Virus genome (UHGV): UHGV-1365016
Source: a virus
Direction: 5' to 3' (one strand)
Length of the DNA stretch: 46,873 nt
In this document: in pieces, positions 21,250 through 32,008 of the stretch
Numbering within the stretch: position 1 is the first letter of the stretch
Layout: each line of letters begins with the position of its first letter
The notes under the pieces: model-generated
Told to the model about the DNA's origin: nothing
What the model saw: the letters and a program-made list of their open reading frames with translations, nothing else
Database searches by the model: none
Program-made: the position numbers and the translations under genes

Positions 21250-21405
21250 TTAGTAGGCATTTGATGGGTAGTAACCTTCTTTGATACCAAGCATCTTGGC
21301 GACTGTTGGGCCAACTTTCTGGGCGGTAACAATGCCAAATTTAACGTAGTCAGCGCCATAAGTTTTAGCAATGTACGCTTCGCATTCTTTTTTAGTCTCA
21401 AACAT
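21250..21405 (-). CDS. Hypothetical protein (51 aa)
   Basis: ATG-start ORF MFETKKECEAYIAKTYGADYVKFG... in a different frame from the tracked TTG-start ORF. It lies immediately downstream of a - strand promoter. Confidence 0.3.
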   Translation of the reverse strand: MFETKKECEAYIAKTYGADYVKFGIVTAQKVGPTVAKMLGIKEGYYPSNAY

Positions 21406-21439
21406 TTCTCTTGTTCCTTAATCTCTTTTCGATAAGATG

Positions 21440-21467
21440 ATTCTACGTCACCAACATATCTACGTCA
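21440..21467 (-). promoter_or_regulatory. Leftward sigma70-type promoter TTGACG-N16-TAGAAT formed by two tandem ATCTACGTCA copies
   Basis: On the - strand, the -35 TTGACG is the reverse complement of 21462..21467 and the -10 TAGAAT is the reverse complement of 21440..21445. Confidence 0.5.
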
Positions 21468-21506
21468 ACATTTATTATTGTTGTTGATAAATCTGCATCA
21501 CCACAC

Positions 21507-21535
21507 TTGACCAATCTACACCGAGCGCATAGTAT
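21507..21535 (+). promoter_or_regulatory. Rightward sigma70-type promoter TTGACC-N17-TAGTAT with motif copies in the spacer and at +1
   Basis: TTGACC at 21507..21512 and TAGTAT at 21530..21535. AATCTACACC lies in the spacer and ATCTACATCA overlaps the -10 and the start site. The gene starts at 21566. Confidence 0.55.
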
Positions 21536-21565
21536 ATCTACATCAGGCTTATCGGAGATATCACT

Positions 21566-21772
21566 ATGCGCAGCTATGCAGGATTCACACAGGAGGAAAA
21601 AGAGCAGGTTTATTCACTGGCGCGGGCTGGTGTGCCTGATGATGTGATTTGCCGTCGGTATGATATCGACGAGGATTTCCTGCTGCGCGTTCTGGATGAT
21701 GTTTTCGTTAACCTGCAAGAGAAGCGCGGGTACAAGGGTATCTGCTGCAAGAATGATTTTTTGAGAGGGTGA
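21566..21772 (+). CDS. Hypothetical protein with a helix-turn-helix-like segment (candidate regulator)
   Basis: 68 aa. YSLARAGVPDDVICRRYDIDEDFL resembles a small HTH. Confidence 0.3.
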   Translation: MRSYAGFTQEEKEQVYSLARAGVPDDVICRRYDIDEDFLLRVLDDVFVNLQEKRGYKGICCKNDFLRG

Positions 21773-22023
21773 TTATGGGTGGTCGAGGAAGCTGTAGAAG
21801 GAAGAGATCTTTAAGGTGTAGCAGGTGCTATAACGAAAACATCAGTAACTACATTTTAGGGCTTGGTGGTATTGTTTGGGAAAACGTCGATGCTGTAAAG
21901 AGGGTTGGAAATTATTACTTTTGCAGATGCCGAAATTGCGGCCATGAGTATAAAACAAACAGTTTAGCAGCGCGCAGGGACTACAGGTTTAACAGCAATG
22001 ACAAATTCGAAAAGGTGGAGTGA
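21769..22023 (+). CDS. Zinc-ribbon protein
   Basis: CSRC...CRCRNCGH Cys pairs. 84 aa. Confidence 0.3.
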   Translation: MIMGGRGSCRRKRSLRCSRCYNENISNYILGLGGIVWENVDAVKRVGNYYFCRCRNCGHEYKTNSLAARRDYRFNSNDKFEKVE

Positions 22024-22244
22024 TGAAAGCTGTCAAAACAATACTGTTCTGCATCATCAACCCGCACCTGATTGTGATGCTGATATTCGCTGTCATGCTT
22101 ATTGGCGCAAGAAAGTCGCTTTATTATATTTCCGACAAACTGGATGACGCGGCGCGTTACATTCAGAAGATTGACCATAAACTCGGGTCGAAGTCATATC
22201 CCGCATGGTTCAGATCGCTTGTTGATGATGAGGTGAAGCGATGA
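22020..22244 (+). CDS. Small membrane protein
   Basis: One transmembrane helix, IINPHLIVMLIFAVMLIGA. Confidence 0.3.
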   Translation: MMKAVKTILFCIINPHLIVMLIFAVMLIGARKSLYYISDKLDDAARYIQKIDHKLGSKSYPAWFRSLVDDEVKR

Positions 22245-22435
22245 CAAGAAAAGAGGTTCACGAATATTCTATTGCAGCAAGAAAGCGCGTCGAAGATGTA
22301 TGGACGAATCATGGGTTACGCAGCAATAGTGCTAAGTTGGTTGCAAAATGCCATCAAGTCGTAAGTGGTGACAGGATTGAGTGTTACGCGTTTAATCAGT
22401 GGATGAAGTCTGGCGTCGTAAGCGAGGTGAAATGA
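22241..22435 (+). CDS. Hypothetical protein
   Basis: 64 aa, with overlapping stop/start contexts. Confidence 0.3.
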   Translation: MTRKEVHEYSIAARKRVEDVWTNHGLRSNSAKLVAKCHQVVSGDRIECYAFNQWMKSGVVSEVK

Positions 22436-22683
22436 TGGCAGCTACGATTCTTGCTCTTATTGTTACGGCGTTCTTTGTTTATATCCTGATAAGACATCAG
22501 CTTGTTTATATCGCCCGTGGGAGATTTATAGACTACTTCTATACAGAAGATCCTGATGGGTATTCCTCCGGTAGGGTGTTTCATGAGGCGCTACCAAGCT
22601 ACGATGAGATGCTGTGGAAATTCTGGGTGTGGCCTATATCAAAATTCTATCCGGCATACAGAAATCGAAATCGCAACAAGTGA
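22432..22683 (+). CDS. Small membrane protein
   Basis: Start at ATGATGG overlapping the upstream stop. Transmembrane helix AATILALIVTAFFVYILI. Confidence 0.3.
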   Translation: MMAATILALIVTAFFVYILIRHQLVYIARGRFIDYFYTEDPDGYSSGRVFHEALPSYDEMLWKFWVWPISKFYPAYRNRNRNK

Positions 22684-22693
22684 CCATGCTATA

Positions 22694-22720
22694 ATCCCTC
22701 CATCGTGAGGGATTTTTTTA
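22694..22720 (+). terminator. Rho-independent terminator or attenuator upstream of the portal gene
   Basis: ATCCCTC-CATCGT-GAGGGAT followed by TTTTTTT. A TGCTATAAT extended -10-like element at 22687..22695 overlaps it. Confidence 0.6.
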
Positions 22721-22727
22721 TTGGTGA

Positions 22728-25077
<2,350 letters not shown>

Positions 25078-25160
25078 GGGCTTTGATTTATCTTATCAGC
25101 ATGCACAGAACAAATATTATTATCGCATAGCACAATATCTCTACGACACTGAATATTGTT

Positions 25161-25760
25161 TTAATCATCCAGTTTCACGCCGGGAATCTTGCCTGCTGCG
25201 ATGGCGTCGTAAATATCGAACCACATGACGCCAAAACCAAGATTCTCATCCACTTTTCCGATTCCTCCGCATGAGTTACATAAAGCCTGCGCTGCAATTT
25301 CGCGCTTCCTTTCCGCTTCAGTGCGTAGCGGCTTTATGCGCCCTGAGTTAGCCTGAATGGAGAAGCATTTTCGAGCAGGTACGTTGCGCATCACAACAGC
25401 CTTACCATCAAAATCATAACCAACCACAATGCAATGAATAATGCCTTCATCAACATGGCACTCACACTCAACACCCACTGGCGGCAGTCCTTCACCATTC
25501 CATGCTGGCTTTTTCGACGATGATAATGCGGCTTCGTATTGCTCGCGAGTGATGATGGATATTTCATAGTCGATTGCGTGTTCTGCCATAAAGCCATCAC
25601 CTGTCCATTTCCCTCCTTTCCAAGAAGTAATGCAATACTCGTGTTTCCCGCCAGAGGAAAAGCAAATTTCCCCATCACTGTCCTGTGTGGCCGTTGACGC
25701 TGTTTCAGGCCACCCGCCACGCTTAGGTAATTCTTGAACTAACAGGTCGATAAGTTTCAT
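25161..25760 (-). CDS. Hypothetical Cys-rich protein
   Basis: 199 aa with CECHVDEGIIHC and CNSCGG. Confidence 0.35.
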   Translation of the reverse strand: MKLIDLLVQELPKRGGWPETASTATQDSDGEICFSSGGKHEYCITSWKGGKWTGDGFMAEHAIDYEISIITREQYEAALSSSKKPAWNGEGLPPVGVECECHVDEGIIHCIVVGYDFDGKAVVMRNVPARKCFSIQANSGRIKPLRTEAERKREIAAQALCNSCGGIGKVDENLGFGVMWFDIYDAIAAGKIPGVKLDD

Positions 25761-26038
25761 TTTGCTTCTCCCAATGCTTTATCAACCGCCGCACGCGCAT
25801 TATCCATAGCGCGACGCTTGCTTGATGTTGTCCAGACTTTGCCCGACTGGTCATCGTAGATTTCCAGTAGTTGCTGGAGTGCCGCTAGCATGGACTTGTT
25901 ATTGTCGTGGCAATATCCAACGGAGAAACCATGCCAGAGCTTGTCTTTTTCGCTATCAGTCATATCTGCGAACCCAACCGAATCAAACCATTCAGTAAAC
26001 AATTGGTACACTTCTCGTTGCGTCATCACCAACCTCAC
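25757..26038 (-). CDS. Hypothetical protein
   Basis: 93 aa. Overlaps the downstream gene start. Confidence 0.35.
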   Translation of the reverse strand: MRLVMTQREVYQLFTEWFDSVGFADMTDSEKDKLWHGFSVGYCHDNNKSMLAALQQLLEIYDDQSGKVWTTSSKRRAMDNARAAVDKALGEAK

Positions 26039-26209
26039 TTAATATATTCAACAATCTCGCATTCACGCAGCTGCACCAGACCAAATGGTGCGACCACCTT
26101 GCCGCACGGACGTACCTTGATTTGCTCTAGGCCGAACACTCCGCAGCGTCCGTTTTCTTTGAATTTGACCATTACCATGCTTTCTTCCTCACTACATCAC
26201 TTGATGTAG

Positions 26210-26239
26210 ATACTATGCACCACCACTCAATCTACGTCA
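26210..26239 (-). promoter_or_regulatory. Leftward sigma70-type promoter TTGACG-N18-TAGTAT within an inverted pair of TTGAYGTAGAT elements
   Basis: On the - strand, the -35 is the reverse complement of 26234..26239 and the -10 is the reverse complement of 26210..26215. The partner element TGATGTAGAT lies at 26203..26212. Confidence 0.45.
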
Positions 26240-26249
26240 ATACCTGCTG

Positions 26250-26258
26250 TGGTAGAAT
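26250..26258 (+). promoter_or_regulatory. Extended -10 promoter TGGTAGAAT for the lysis cassette
   Basis: TG-n-TAGAAT lies 27 nt upstream of ATG 26285, which has an AGGAGG RBS. Confidence 0.45.
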
Positions 26259-26284
26259 TAATCATTATTTGAGCAGGAGGTGAA

Positions 26285-26563
26285 ATGAAGCTATCGGAGC
26301 GCGGCGCGGAGGTGTTTGGAATCACCGATGCTGTGGACATATCGCCTTACATCACCACTGAGACAACGCAGAATCAGTTTGATGCACTGACAAGTCTTGC
26401 CACCGACATTGGCATTGACGTGTTCCGTAAATCAACACTTCTGAAGAAACATAACCTTCGCTGCTTCTCATGTGTCGTCGCGCACTTTATTGTGTGGGGC
26501 GAGAAGACTGGCGACAAAGCAAAACGCAAAGCTGAAAAAGAGGTTTACTGGTATGGCTATTAG
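26285..26563 (+). CDS. Hypothetical protein preceding the endolysin gene (not obviously a holin)
   Basis: 92 aa with strong AGGAGG RBS, no clear transmembrane helix, and a basic C-terminus. Confidence 0.4.
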   Translation: MKLSERGAEVFGITDAVDISPYITTETTQNQFDALTSLATDIGIDVFRKSTLLKKHNLRCFSCVVAHFIVWGEKTGDKAKRKAEKEVYWYGY

Positions 26564-27017
26564 CAAAAATATGAAGGCATTTCTGGATATGCTGGCGTAC
26601 AGCGAGGGCACGGATAACGGGCGGCAGAAGACCAATAATCATGGCTATGATGTGATTGTTGGTGGCTCGCTGTTTACCGACTACGCAGACCACCCACGCA
26701 AGCTGATTAGTCTGCCTAAGCTGGGCATTAAATCCACTGCCGCCGGGCGCTATCAGGTATTGGCTAAGTTTTATGATGCGTACAAAAAGCAATTGCGTTT
26801 GCCGGATTTCTCCCCAGCATCGCAGGACGCCATTGCAATGCAGCTAATTCGTGAATGCAAAGCCACTGCCGACATCGAGGCTGGTCGCATCGCGGATGCC
26901 ATTCATAAATGCCGCTCCCGTTGGGCTTCACTGCCGGGCGCTGGTTATGGTCAGCATGAGCAGAAACTGGATAAGCTGATTCAGGTGTATAAGGCCGCAG
27001 GCGGGGCGGTTGCATGA
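26553..27017 (+). CDS. Endolysin, lambda R-type lytic transglycosylase (phage lysozyme fold)
   Basis: MAISKNMKAFLDMLAYSEGTDNGRQKTNNHGYDVIVGG...HPRKL...GRYQ...ASLPGAGYGQHEQ is nearly collinear with lambda R. Start set at ATG 26553, which has an AAAGAGG RBS. Confidence 0.9.
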   Translation: MAISKNMKAFLDMLAYSEGTDNGRQKTNNHGYDVIVGGSLFTDYADHPRKLISLPKLGIKSTAAGRYQVLAKFYDAYKKQLRLPDFSPASQDAIAMQLIRECKATADIEAGRIADAIHKCRSRWASLPGAGYGQHEQKLDKLIQVYKAAGGAVA

Positions 27018-27253
27018 AAAAGCTAAGCAACTGGTTTATTGGTGTGTGGCTTTCATTTTGCTCATATCTTGAACTGTGGCCGGACTCCATGACGCACGTA
27101 TGGATGTTTATGCCGGACGACCTGAAATCCGAGATACCGGATTCAGTAGTCAAGGGGATAAGTTATTCTGTGCTCGTGCTATCAATGTTCGGCAAAATGC
27201 ATGCGATGAATAAGGCGAATAAGAGGCTAAAAGATGAGAGCAAAGATGCGTGA
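27014..27253 (+). CDS. Small membrane protein (possible holin or lysis regulator)
   Basis: 79 aa with two hydrophobic segments (NWFIGVWLSFCSYLELW, ISYSVLVLSMFG). Its start overlaps the endolysin stop (ATGA). Confidence 0.35.
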   Translation: MKKLSNWFIGVWLSFCSYLELWPDSMTHVWMFMPDDLKSEIPDSVVKGISYSVLVLSMFGKMHAMNKANKRLKDESKDA

Positions 27254-27375
27254 AATACATAACCGCATGAGGGCGCGAAATGGTTTTTATTCTGCGTATC
27301 AAACCACTAAGGGATTGCACTTCATGACTAATTGCATATCCTTCCCGCGCACATGGTTAGCGGGAGGTTCGAAAA

Positions 27376-27867
27376 ATGACAACAATAATCACTAAATACT
27401 GGCGACCGCTGGCAATTATTATAATTGTTGCTGCTGGTGCGTTGTGGGTGCGTAGCGAAATCATCAGCTACGGCGATCAGCGATACGCAGAAGGCAAAGC
27501 TCAAGCAATCGCCGAACAGAAGGCAGCAGACGAACAAGAGGAGCAACGACGCAATGCAGAACTGCAAAAGATTCAGGCCGATGCACAGCAAAGGATTGAT
27601 GCTGCGCGCAATGATGCTGTTAATGCTGCCGCTAAGTCTGGCAGGCTGCGGCAACAGCTCGCAAATATCCGCAAGCAGCTCGTCGGATATTCCACCACTG
27701 AGTCCATTGGCAGTCCAGCCGCAGAAACCGGAGTTTTGCTTGGAGACGTGCTCAGCGAATCTGTCGAAAGAAATCGACAACTGGCAGATTACGCTGACAG
27801 GGCAAGGGAAGCAGGATTAGCGTGTGCGGCGCAGTACAATTCGCTTCGCAATAAAAAAGCCCCATAA
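27376..27867 (+). CDS. i-spanin (Rz-like)
   Basis: N-terminal transmembrane helix WRPLAIIIIVAAGALWV, a long coiled coil rich in Gln, Ala and Arg, and a periplasmic C-terminus. Lies downstream of the endolysin gene. Confidence 0.7.
   Translation: MTTIITKYWRPLAIIIIVAAGALWVRSEIISYGDQRYAEGKAQAIAEQKAADEQEEQRRNAELQKIQADAQQRIDAARNDAVNAAAKSGRLRQQLANIRKQLVGYSTTESIGSPAAETGVLLGDVLSESVERNRQLADYADRAREAGLACAAQYNSLRNKKAP
27599..27820 (+). CDS. o-spanin (Rz1-like), embedded in the +1 frame of the i-spanin gene
   Basis: MLRAMMLLMLPLSLAGCGNSS has a lipobox LAGC, followed by a Pro-rich mature region. It is wholly inside the Rz-like gene in another frame. An alternative start is ATG 27581. Confidence 0.65.
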   Translation: MLRAMMLLMLPLSLAGCGNSSQISASSSSDIPPLSPLAVQPQKPEFCLETCSANLSKEIDNWQITLTGQGKQD

Positions 27868-27882
27868 TGGGGCTTGTGTTTA
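27857..27882 (+). terminator. Rho-independent terminator after the lysis cassette
   Basis: AAGCCCC-ATAAT-GGGGCTT followed by GTGTTT. Confidence 0.6.
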
Positions 27883-28006
27883 ACTGGCTTGCTCTGAGTT
27901 TTCCCTCTGCTTCCACATCTGCTTCAGCTGAAAATAAGCATACGCCTCATCACCATCTTTCGCATTGCGCTCCATTTGCTCACACCATGCTGATGGTTTT
28001 GGTGGC

Positions 28007-28315
28007 TCACTCTGCTGGCAATGTTGTTGGCTCATCAACAGATTCCTCAACCGTAGCCTCAACGATGCGCACCAGCGAACACTCAAGGTTCGGTGCATTG
28101 TAATTACCAGCCAGAAACAGAACGCTGCCAGTGCTGATCAACACCTGCTTTGCGTTCGCCTGAGACAGATTTTGCACGATGAATTGCGCTGTTTCGGTGC
28201 CGATTTTCAGCACTGCGCTGCCGTCGCTGTTCAGTGATACCAGTTGTGCTGATGTGTCAGCAATGTTGGTATAGTTCGCGTTTCGTTGCGCGATTGTGAT
28301 GTCGCAGAATGCCAT
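28007..28315 (-). CDS. Hypothetical protein
   Basis: 102 aa. Last gene of a - strand four-gene unit. Confidence 0.3.
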   Translation of the reverse strand: MAFCDITIAQRNANYTNIADTSAQLVSLNSDGSAVLKIGTETAQFIVQNLSQANAKQVLISTGSVLFLAGNYNAPNLECSLVRIVEATVEESVDEPTTLPAE

Positions 28316-28677
28316 TATTTAATCTCCTCTTCGATTGATTGAAGTGCAATCCATGTAAAAACCTGCGCCGCCAGATAGAATCCGCCCAACCAGAAGTACC
28401 CCAAAGCAAAGACAGCGGTAACTTCAGCGATGGCTGTGACAATCTGGTATTTTTTGTGAATCCATAGTTTTTTGGTTTTGCGCTCACTTGCTAATTTGAT
28501 TCTCAGGTCTTTACTGCATATAACAAAAGACATGAGAAAAATGCCAGATACGCTGGCGCACCACATGAGCGCAAGAGCGATGTTGTAGACATAGTCAACA
28601 TGGAGAAACAAACCAAAATAGATAAGAGGCCACACAATAAAGATGTCACATGCGACATTTTTCAGGAATTTATTCAT
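28315..28677 (-). CDS. Membrane protein (about 3 transmembrane helices)
   Basis: Hydrophobic segments IFIVWPLIYFGLFL, IALALMWCASVSGIFLMSFVI and AVFALGYFWLGGFYLAAQVF. Confidence 0.4.
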   Translation of the reverse strand: MNKFLKNVACDIFIVWPLIYFGLFLHVDYVYNIALALMWCASVSGIFLMSFVICSKDLRIKLASERKTKKLWIHKKYQIVTAIAEVTAVFALGYFWLGGFYLAAQVFTWIALQSIEEEIK

Positions 28678-29159
28678 TTAATCTCTCCATTCAGTTCATT
28701 AACAATTAACGTCGCATAGCCAGCAATATCCTTCCAGCTATCGTCATAGGTCGGGTCGCCATTCAGGATGCGCCCAATCTTGTGCTGAATCATGTCTAGC
28801 GCCTCACGCTGGCTTGGCGTCAGGTTGTGCCAGCCATCCACTTCGCGCATCACATCTTTCAGTTCCTGCATAATTTCAGCGCCATCTTTGAATTTGCCAT
28901 AGCGGCTACCGCGCTCGGTAATGAGTTGCTCTGTTGCGTCAGCTTCCGGTACACCAATGCAATCGTTGAGGTCTTGCTCGTCGGTGATTCGTTCGCGGTG
29001 TGCTATCAAGGTGAACAGTTCCTTATTGATCGTCCGCGGATTGTTCGTGAATGTCACCCAGCCATTTGTTTTGTGTACGAAGGCATAAGTATCTTCATGG
29101 TGTGCACCATCAAAATCGTCAACACTACCCATCAGCAATTTATATCTTACTGGCATCAC
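28674..29159 (-). CDS. Hypothetical protein
   Basis: 161 aa, acidic. Confidence 0.35.
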   Translation of the reverse strand: MMPVRYKLLMGSVDDFDGAHHEDTYAFVHKTNGWVTFTNNPRTINKELFTLIAHRERITDEQDLNDCIGVPEADATEQLITERGSRYGKFKDGAEIMQELKDVMREVDGWHNLTPSQREALDMIQHKIGRILNGDPTYDDSWKDIAGYATLIVNELNGEIK

Positions 29160-29377
29160 TCACTCCACTTAATCATCTCGCGTCGCGGCATTGTGACGCG
29201 GTTGTGTTCATCAACATTAAAATTGGCCCGAATCAAATCATACATCTCATTTTTAGGCATATCAGCCAGCGCCACATAGCAACGGGCAAAGTAGCGAACA
29301 TCACGGAGTGTTAGCGGCTGCCGCTTCTCCACAATGCTGGTGATAATGTCCATCGGCTCGCGTCGTGGTCTTGGCAT
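29156..29377 (-). CDS. Hypothetical protein
   Basis: 73 aa. First gene of the - strand unit. Confidence 0.35.
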   Translation of the reverse strand: MPRPRREPMDIITSIVEKRQPLTLRDVRYFARCYVALADMPKNEMYDLIRANFNVDEHNRVTMPRREMIKWSE

Positions 29378-29412
29378 ATTTACTACTCCTTCTCGAAAAA
29401 CATCTTGACGTT

Positions 29413-29446
29413 TCTACGTCACTTAGTCAATACTTATTGACGTAGA
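29413..29446. promoter_or_regulatory. Perfect 9-bp inverted repeat TCTACGTCA-N16-TGACGTAGA in the divergent promoter region (candidate operator built from the promoter element)
   Basis: Seen directly in the sequence. TTGACG at 29405 and TTGACGTAGATT at 29436 are adjacent. Confidence 0.5.
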
Positions 29447-29475
29447 TTGTACCACAACGGAAAAGGTGATGTGGA

Positions 29476-29679
29476 ATGAGTGCAGAAAAAGTAATAACAG
29501 AAAGATGCGAGTATTTACGCGCCATGCTTGAAGCTCGCGGAGTGGGTGCTGAAGACATTGACCTGTGTCTTACGCATCTCACAAACGCGGTCCTTGAAGG
29601 GTATCATCAGGGGCAGGTAGATTACTCGACAGGGGTGCTTCCTGAGCTACTTAGAATGGCAACGGTTGGTAAATTTTGA
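29476..29679 (+). CDS. Hypothetical protein
   Basis: 67 aa with AAAAGGTGATG RBS context. Confidence 0.35.
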   Translation: MSAEKVITERCEYLRAMLEARGVGAEDIDLCLTHLTNAVLEGYHQGQVDYSTGVLPELLRMATVGKF

Positions 29680-29884
29680 GGAGCGCACAATGACAACTGA
29701 TGAGCTGTACGAAAAATCGTTAATTCAGCGACTGAATGAAGTTGAACGCACTCGCGAGTGGCTTGAGTGCGAACTGCGGGAAGTGCGCAACCGACTGCAA
29801 CGCAAACGCAGTCAACAGAAGGATGTTATCGACTGGTCTGGCGATACGCCTAAATTTAATAATCTTGGGGAGTGGTTGAAATGA
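29666..29884 (+). CDS. Hypothetical coiled-coil protein
   Basis: 72 aa. Confidence 0.3.
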   Translation: MVNFEERTMTTDELYEKSLIQRLNEVERTREWLECELREVRNRLQRKRSQQKDVIDWSGDTPKFNNLGEWLK

Positions 29885-30098
29885 GAAAGTTCAGCACGTT
29901 AGTTGACTTAATTTTCGCTGACATTAGTGAGTCAAACGCCAGAAACAAGAAATCAAGAAATCAGCGGTAGGATATTACGTTTCGCACACTACTTAAGCAA
30001 TCGATGCGTGGCAAAAAGGAATGGAGATACAGGCGCGACCGAGTCCTGATAAAGCTGTGCAAGTTGAACATGAACAAGATACTTAAGGATATGACCAA

Positions 30099-30350
30099 AT
30101 GACTGCACCATATATGCCAATGATGAATGACAACGGGTTGCTGGAGTGCCCATTCTGCGGCTGTAATGAGGTTGGTATTGCTGTCGATGAGGATGGGTGG
30201 GAGTACATTGAGTGCGGTGATTGCTATTGCCGTACAGACGCATTCCGTAACAGAGAACTAATGACTAAGTCATGGAACACCAGAAATGGCCATCTCTACA
30301 CCGCAGAAGACTTCAATCAGGCAGCCGAGGAGCGCGAACATGGACTATAA
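30099..30350 (+). CDS. Lar-family-like zinc-ribbon protein (putative restriction alleviation)
   Basis: LLECPFCGCNEVGIAVDEDGWEYIECGDCYCRTDAF. The CPFCG...C..C arrangement resembles the Lar restriction-alleviation family. Confidence 0.4.
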   Translation: MTAPYMPMMNDNGLLECPFCGCNEVGIAVDEDGWEYIECGDCYCRTDAFRNRELMTKSWNTRNGHLYTAEDFNQAAEEREHGL

Positions 30351-30828
30351 ATCACAAATCATGCGCGTGATTATCAATCATCCAGGCGCAACGCGCGCAT
30401 ACATTGAGAAGCATTGCGGCGGTAAGCATTCAAGCACAACAACGCATCGTTTGCATGAGATGCTCGCATTGGGATTCATTCGCCGCGAGAAGTCAGTGAT
30501 TCGTGGTGGCAAGTGGCAGTATAAATATTTCATCTCTGATGATGCAGCGGGTATTGATGATGCTATCCGGTGTCATTTGCTGGACAATGCTGGCGCTGAG
30601 GTGAAAGAAATCAGCGCATCCACTGACATTGATTACCGAATCGTGAAAAGCCGCATCCGCATTATGTTTCATAACGGTGATGTAACGCGAAGCTATGACC
30701 ACCACAAGAAGCTATGGCGTTACTCATGGCGTGAGCAGGAGGTTAACGTCGGCAACATGTTTAATTCACTTCTTCGCAACGCAAGAGGTTATCATGGGAA
30801 AAGCGAAACGCAAGAAGCAAGAGTATGA
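30340..30828 (+). CDS. Winged-helix-like DNA-binding protein (candidate regulator)
   Basis: Start at ATG 30340, overlapping the upstream stop. IMRVIINHPGATRAYIEKHCGGKHSSTTTHRLHEMLALGFIRRE resembles a MarR/wHTH. Confidence 0.3.
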   Translation: MDYKSQIMRVIINHPGATRAYIEKHCGGKHSSTTTHRLHEMLALGFIRREKSVIRGGKWQYKYFISDDAAGIDDAIRCHLLDNAGAEVKEISASTDIDYRIVKSRIRIMFHNGDVTRSYDHHKKLWRYSWREQEVNVGNMFNSLLRNARGYHGKSETQEARV

Positions 30829-30970
30829 GCCATTACCGCCATGCGAAATGTCAGGGATGCCGCAGCATGAGGATGTTATTCTCACCGAGGCAGAGTGGCG
30901 CAAGGTGGCAAGGGTGCAAATCATGTTCCGCAAACTCGCTGAGGACGTACTAAATGAGATGGGCTATTAA
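30794..30970 (+). CDS. Hypothetical basic protein (58 aa)
   Basis: MGKAKRKKQEYEP..., starting at an internal ATG with an AAGAGG RBS. Confidence 0.3.
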   Translation: MGKAKRKKQEYEPLPPCEMSGMPQHEDVILTEAEWRKVARVQIMFRKLAEDVLNEMGY

Positions 30971-31157
30971 GCATAAATCCGGCAGAACTCTGTTTGTGAC
31001 ATCGGATGAGTTTATTGCCAATAACCGTAAAGAGATGGGATGGATAGTGGAGGAGGTTGAGTGTGACCACGAGTGGGTTAGCAGCGGAGGATGGCCTTAC
31101 ATTCATTATACTTGCATGTGGTGTGACGAGTATGGATGGACTGTAAATTTAGAATGA
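30954..31157 (+). CDS. Cys/Trp-rich small protein
   Basis: ECDHEW...YTCMWCDEYGW. Confidence 0.3.
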   Translation: MRWAIKHKSGRTLFVTSDEFIANNRKEMGWIVEEVECDHEWVSSGGWPYIHYTCMWCDEYGWTVNLE

Positions 31158-31176
31158 GATGATGAGGATTTAGAAG

Positions 31177-31434
31177 ATGACGAGTAGAGAGCAGTTTGAA
31201 AAGTGGATTAAGGAAGAAACAGGATTTGATTTATGGCGCACGGAATACCCAATGACTGAATGGGATGACCAGCAGTACAAATGCCATCAAACAAACCTTG
31301 CATGGATGGCATGGCAAGCATCACGAGCAGCAATTGAGATTCAAGTGTGCCCATGTCCAAACGATCATGGACCGAATGTTGATGACCATTATCGCGAGCA
31401 AATTAATAACTCAGGATTAAAGGTGAAAAAATGA
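31177..31434 (+). CDS. Hypothetical protein
   Basis: 85 aa. Confidence 0.3.
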   Translation: MTSREQFEKWIKEETGFDLWRTEYPMTEWDDQQYKCHQTNLAWMAWQASRAAIEIQVCPCPNDHGPNVDDHYREQINNSGLKVKK

Positions 31435-31760
31435 TTATCCAGTTAAACGACATTATGAAAGCGGACATCATTCAGCTTGAAGATTATGACATGCAACTGG
31501 CGTTTGAAATTGAAACAGTCGAGCGTCAACTGCAATATGCTGATAAGAAGAACGACCGCGTCTGGCATGAGAAAGCACTCAAGGCGCGCGACCACATGAA
31601 GCGCACGCGAGCACTCATTAAAACTCGACTCGATAAGCTGTATTTTGGTGAGGAAAGGATGTTGCATGGCGCAATTCTTGCCGAGGTGCGCAAAACAATG
31701 TCAGTTGGTCGCTTCATGGAATTGGTACATAAGGCTAAACGTAATGCGGGGTTGGTGTGA
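31431..31760 (+). CDS. Hypothetical protein
   Basis: 109 aa. Stop/start overlap. Confidence 0.35.
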   Translation: MIIQLNDIMKADIIQLEDYDMQLAFEIETVERQLQYADKKNDRVWHEKALKARDHMKRTRALIKTRLDKLYFGEERMLHGAILAEVRKTMSVGRFMELVHKAKRNAGLV

Positions 31761-32008
31761 TGAAATTTAATATAAATGAATCCGTGAAAATTAAGCTCAA
31801 CGATAACGGCATCGACATTCTTCGCAAGCGACACGATGAACTTCGCTTGAGAGTTCCTGGTATTGGTGATTTTGTCGAGCCAGTAAAAGATGATGATGGA
31901 TATTCGTCATTTCCGCTGTGGGCGCTATTCGATACATTTGGAGAATATGTCCACCTTGGGTGCGTTCCACCATTCGATACTACAATCATCATCCCGGAGC
32001 GAAAATGA
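31757..32008 (+). CDS. Hypothetical protein
   Basis: 83 aa. Confidence 0.3.
   Translation: MMKFNINESVKIKLNDNGIDILRKRHDELRLRVPGIGDFVEPVKDDDGYSSFPLWALFDTFGEYVHLGCVPPFDTTIIIPERK

Noticed and set aside
22687-22695. TGCTATAAT extended -10 element upstream of the portal gene, read as an independent promoter.
   Set aside because: It overlaps the 5' arm of a strong terminator hairpin (22694-22720), so a transcript started here would begin inside the hairpin. I kept it only as a low-confidence note within the late-promoter finding.
26285-26563. Holin assignment for the ORF upstream of the endolysin gene.
   Set aside because: The 92-aa product has no hydrophobic transmembrane segment. Membrane-protein candidates for the holin are 27014..27253 or 39872..40156 instead, so the holin remains unassigned.
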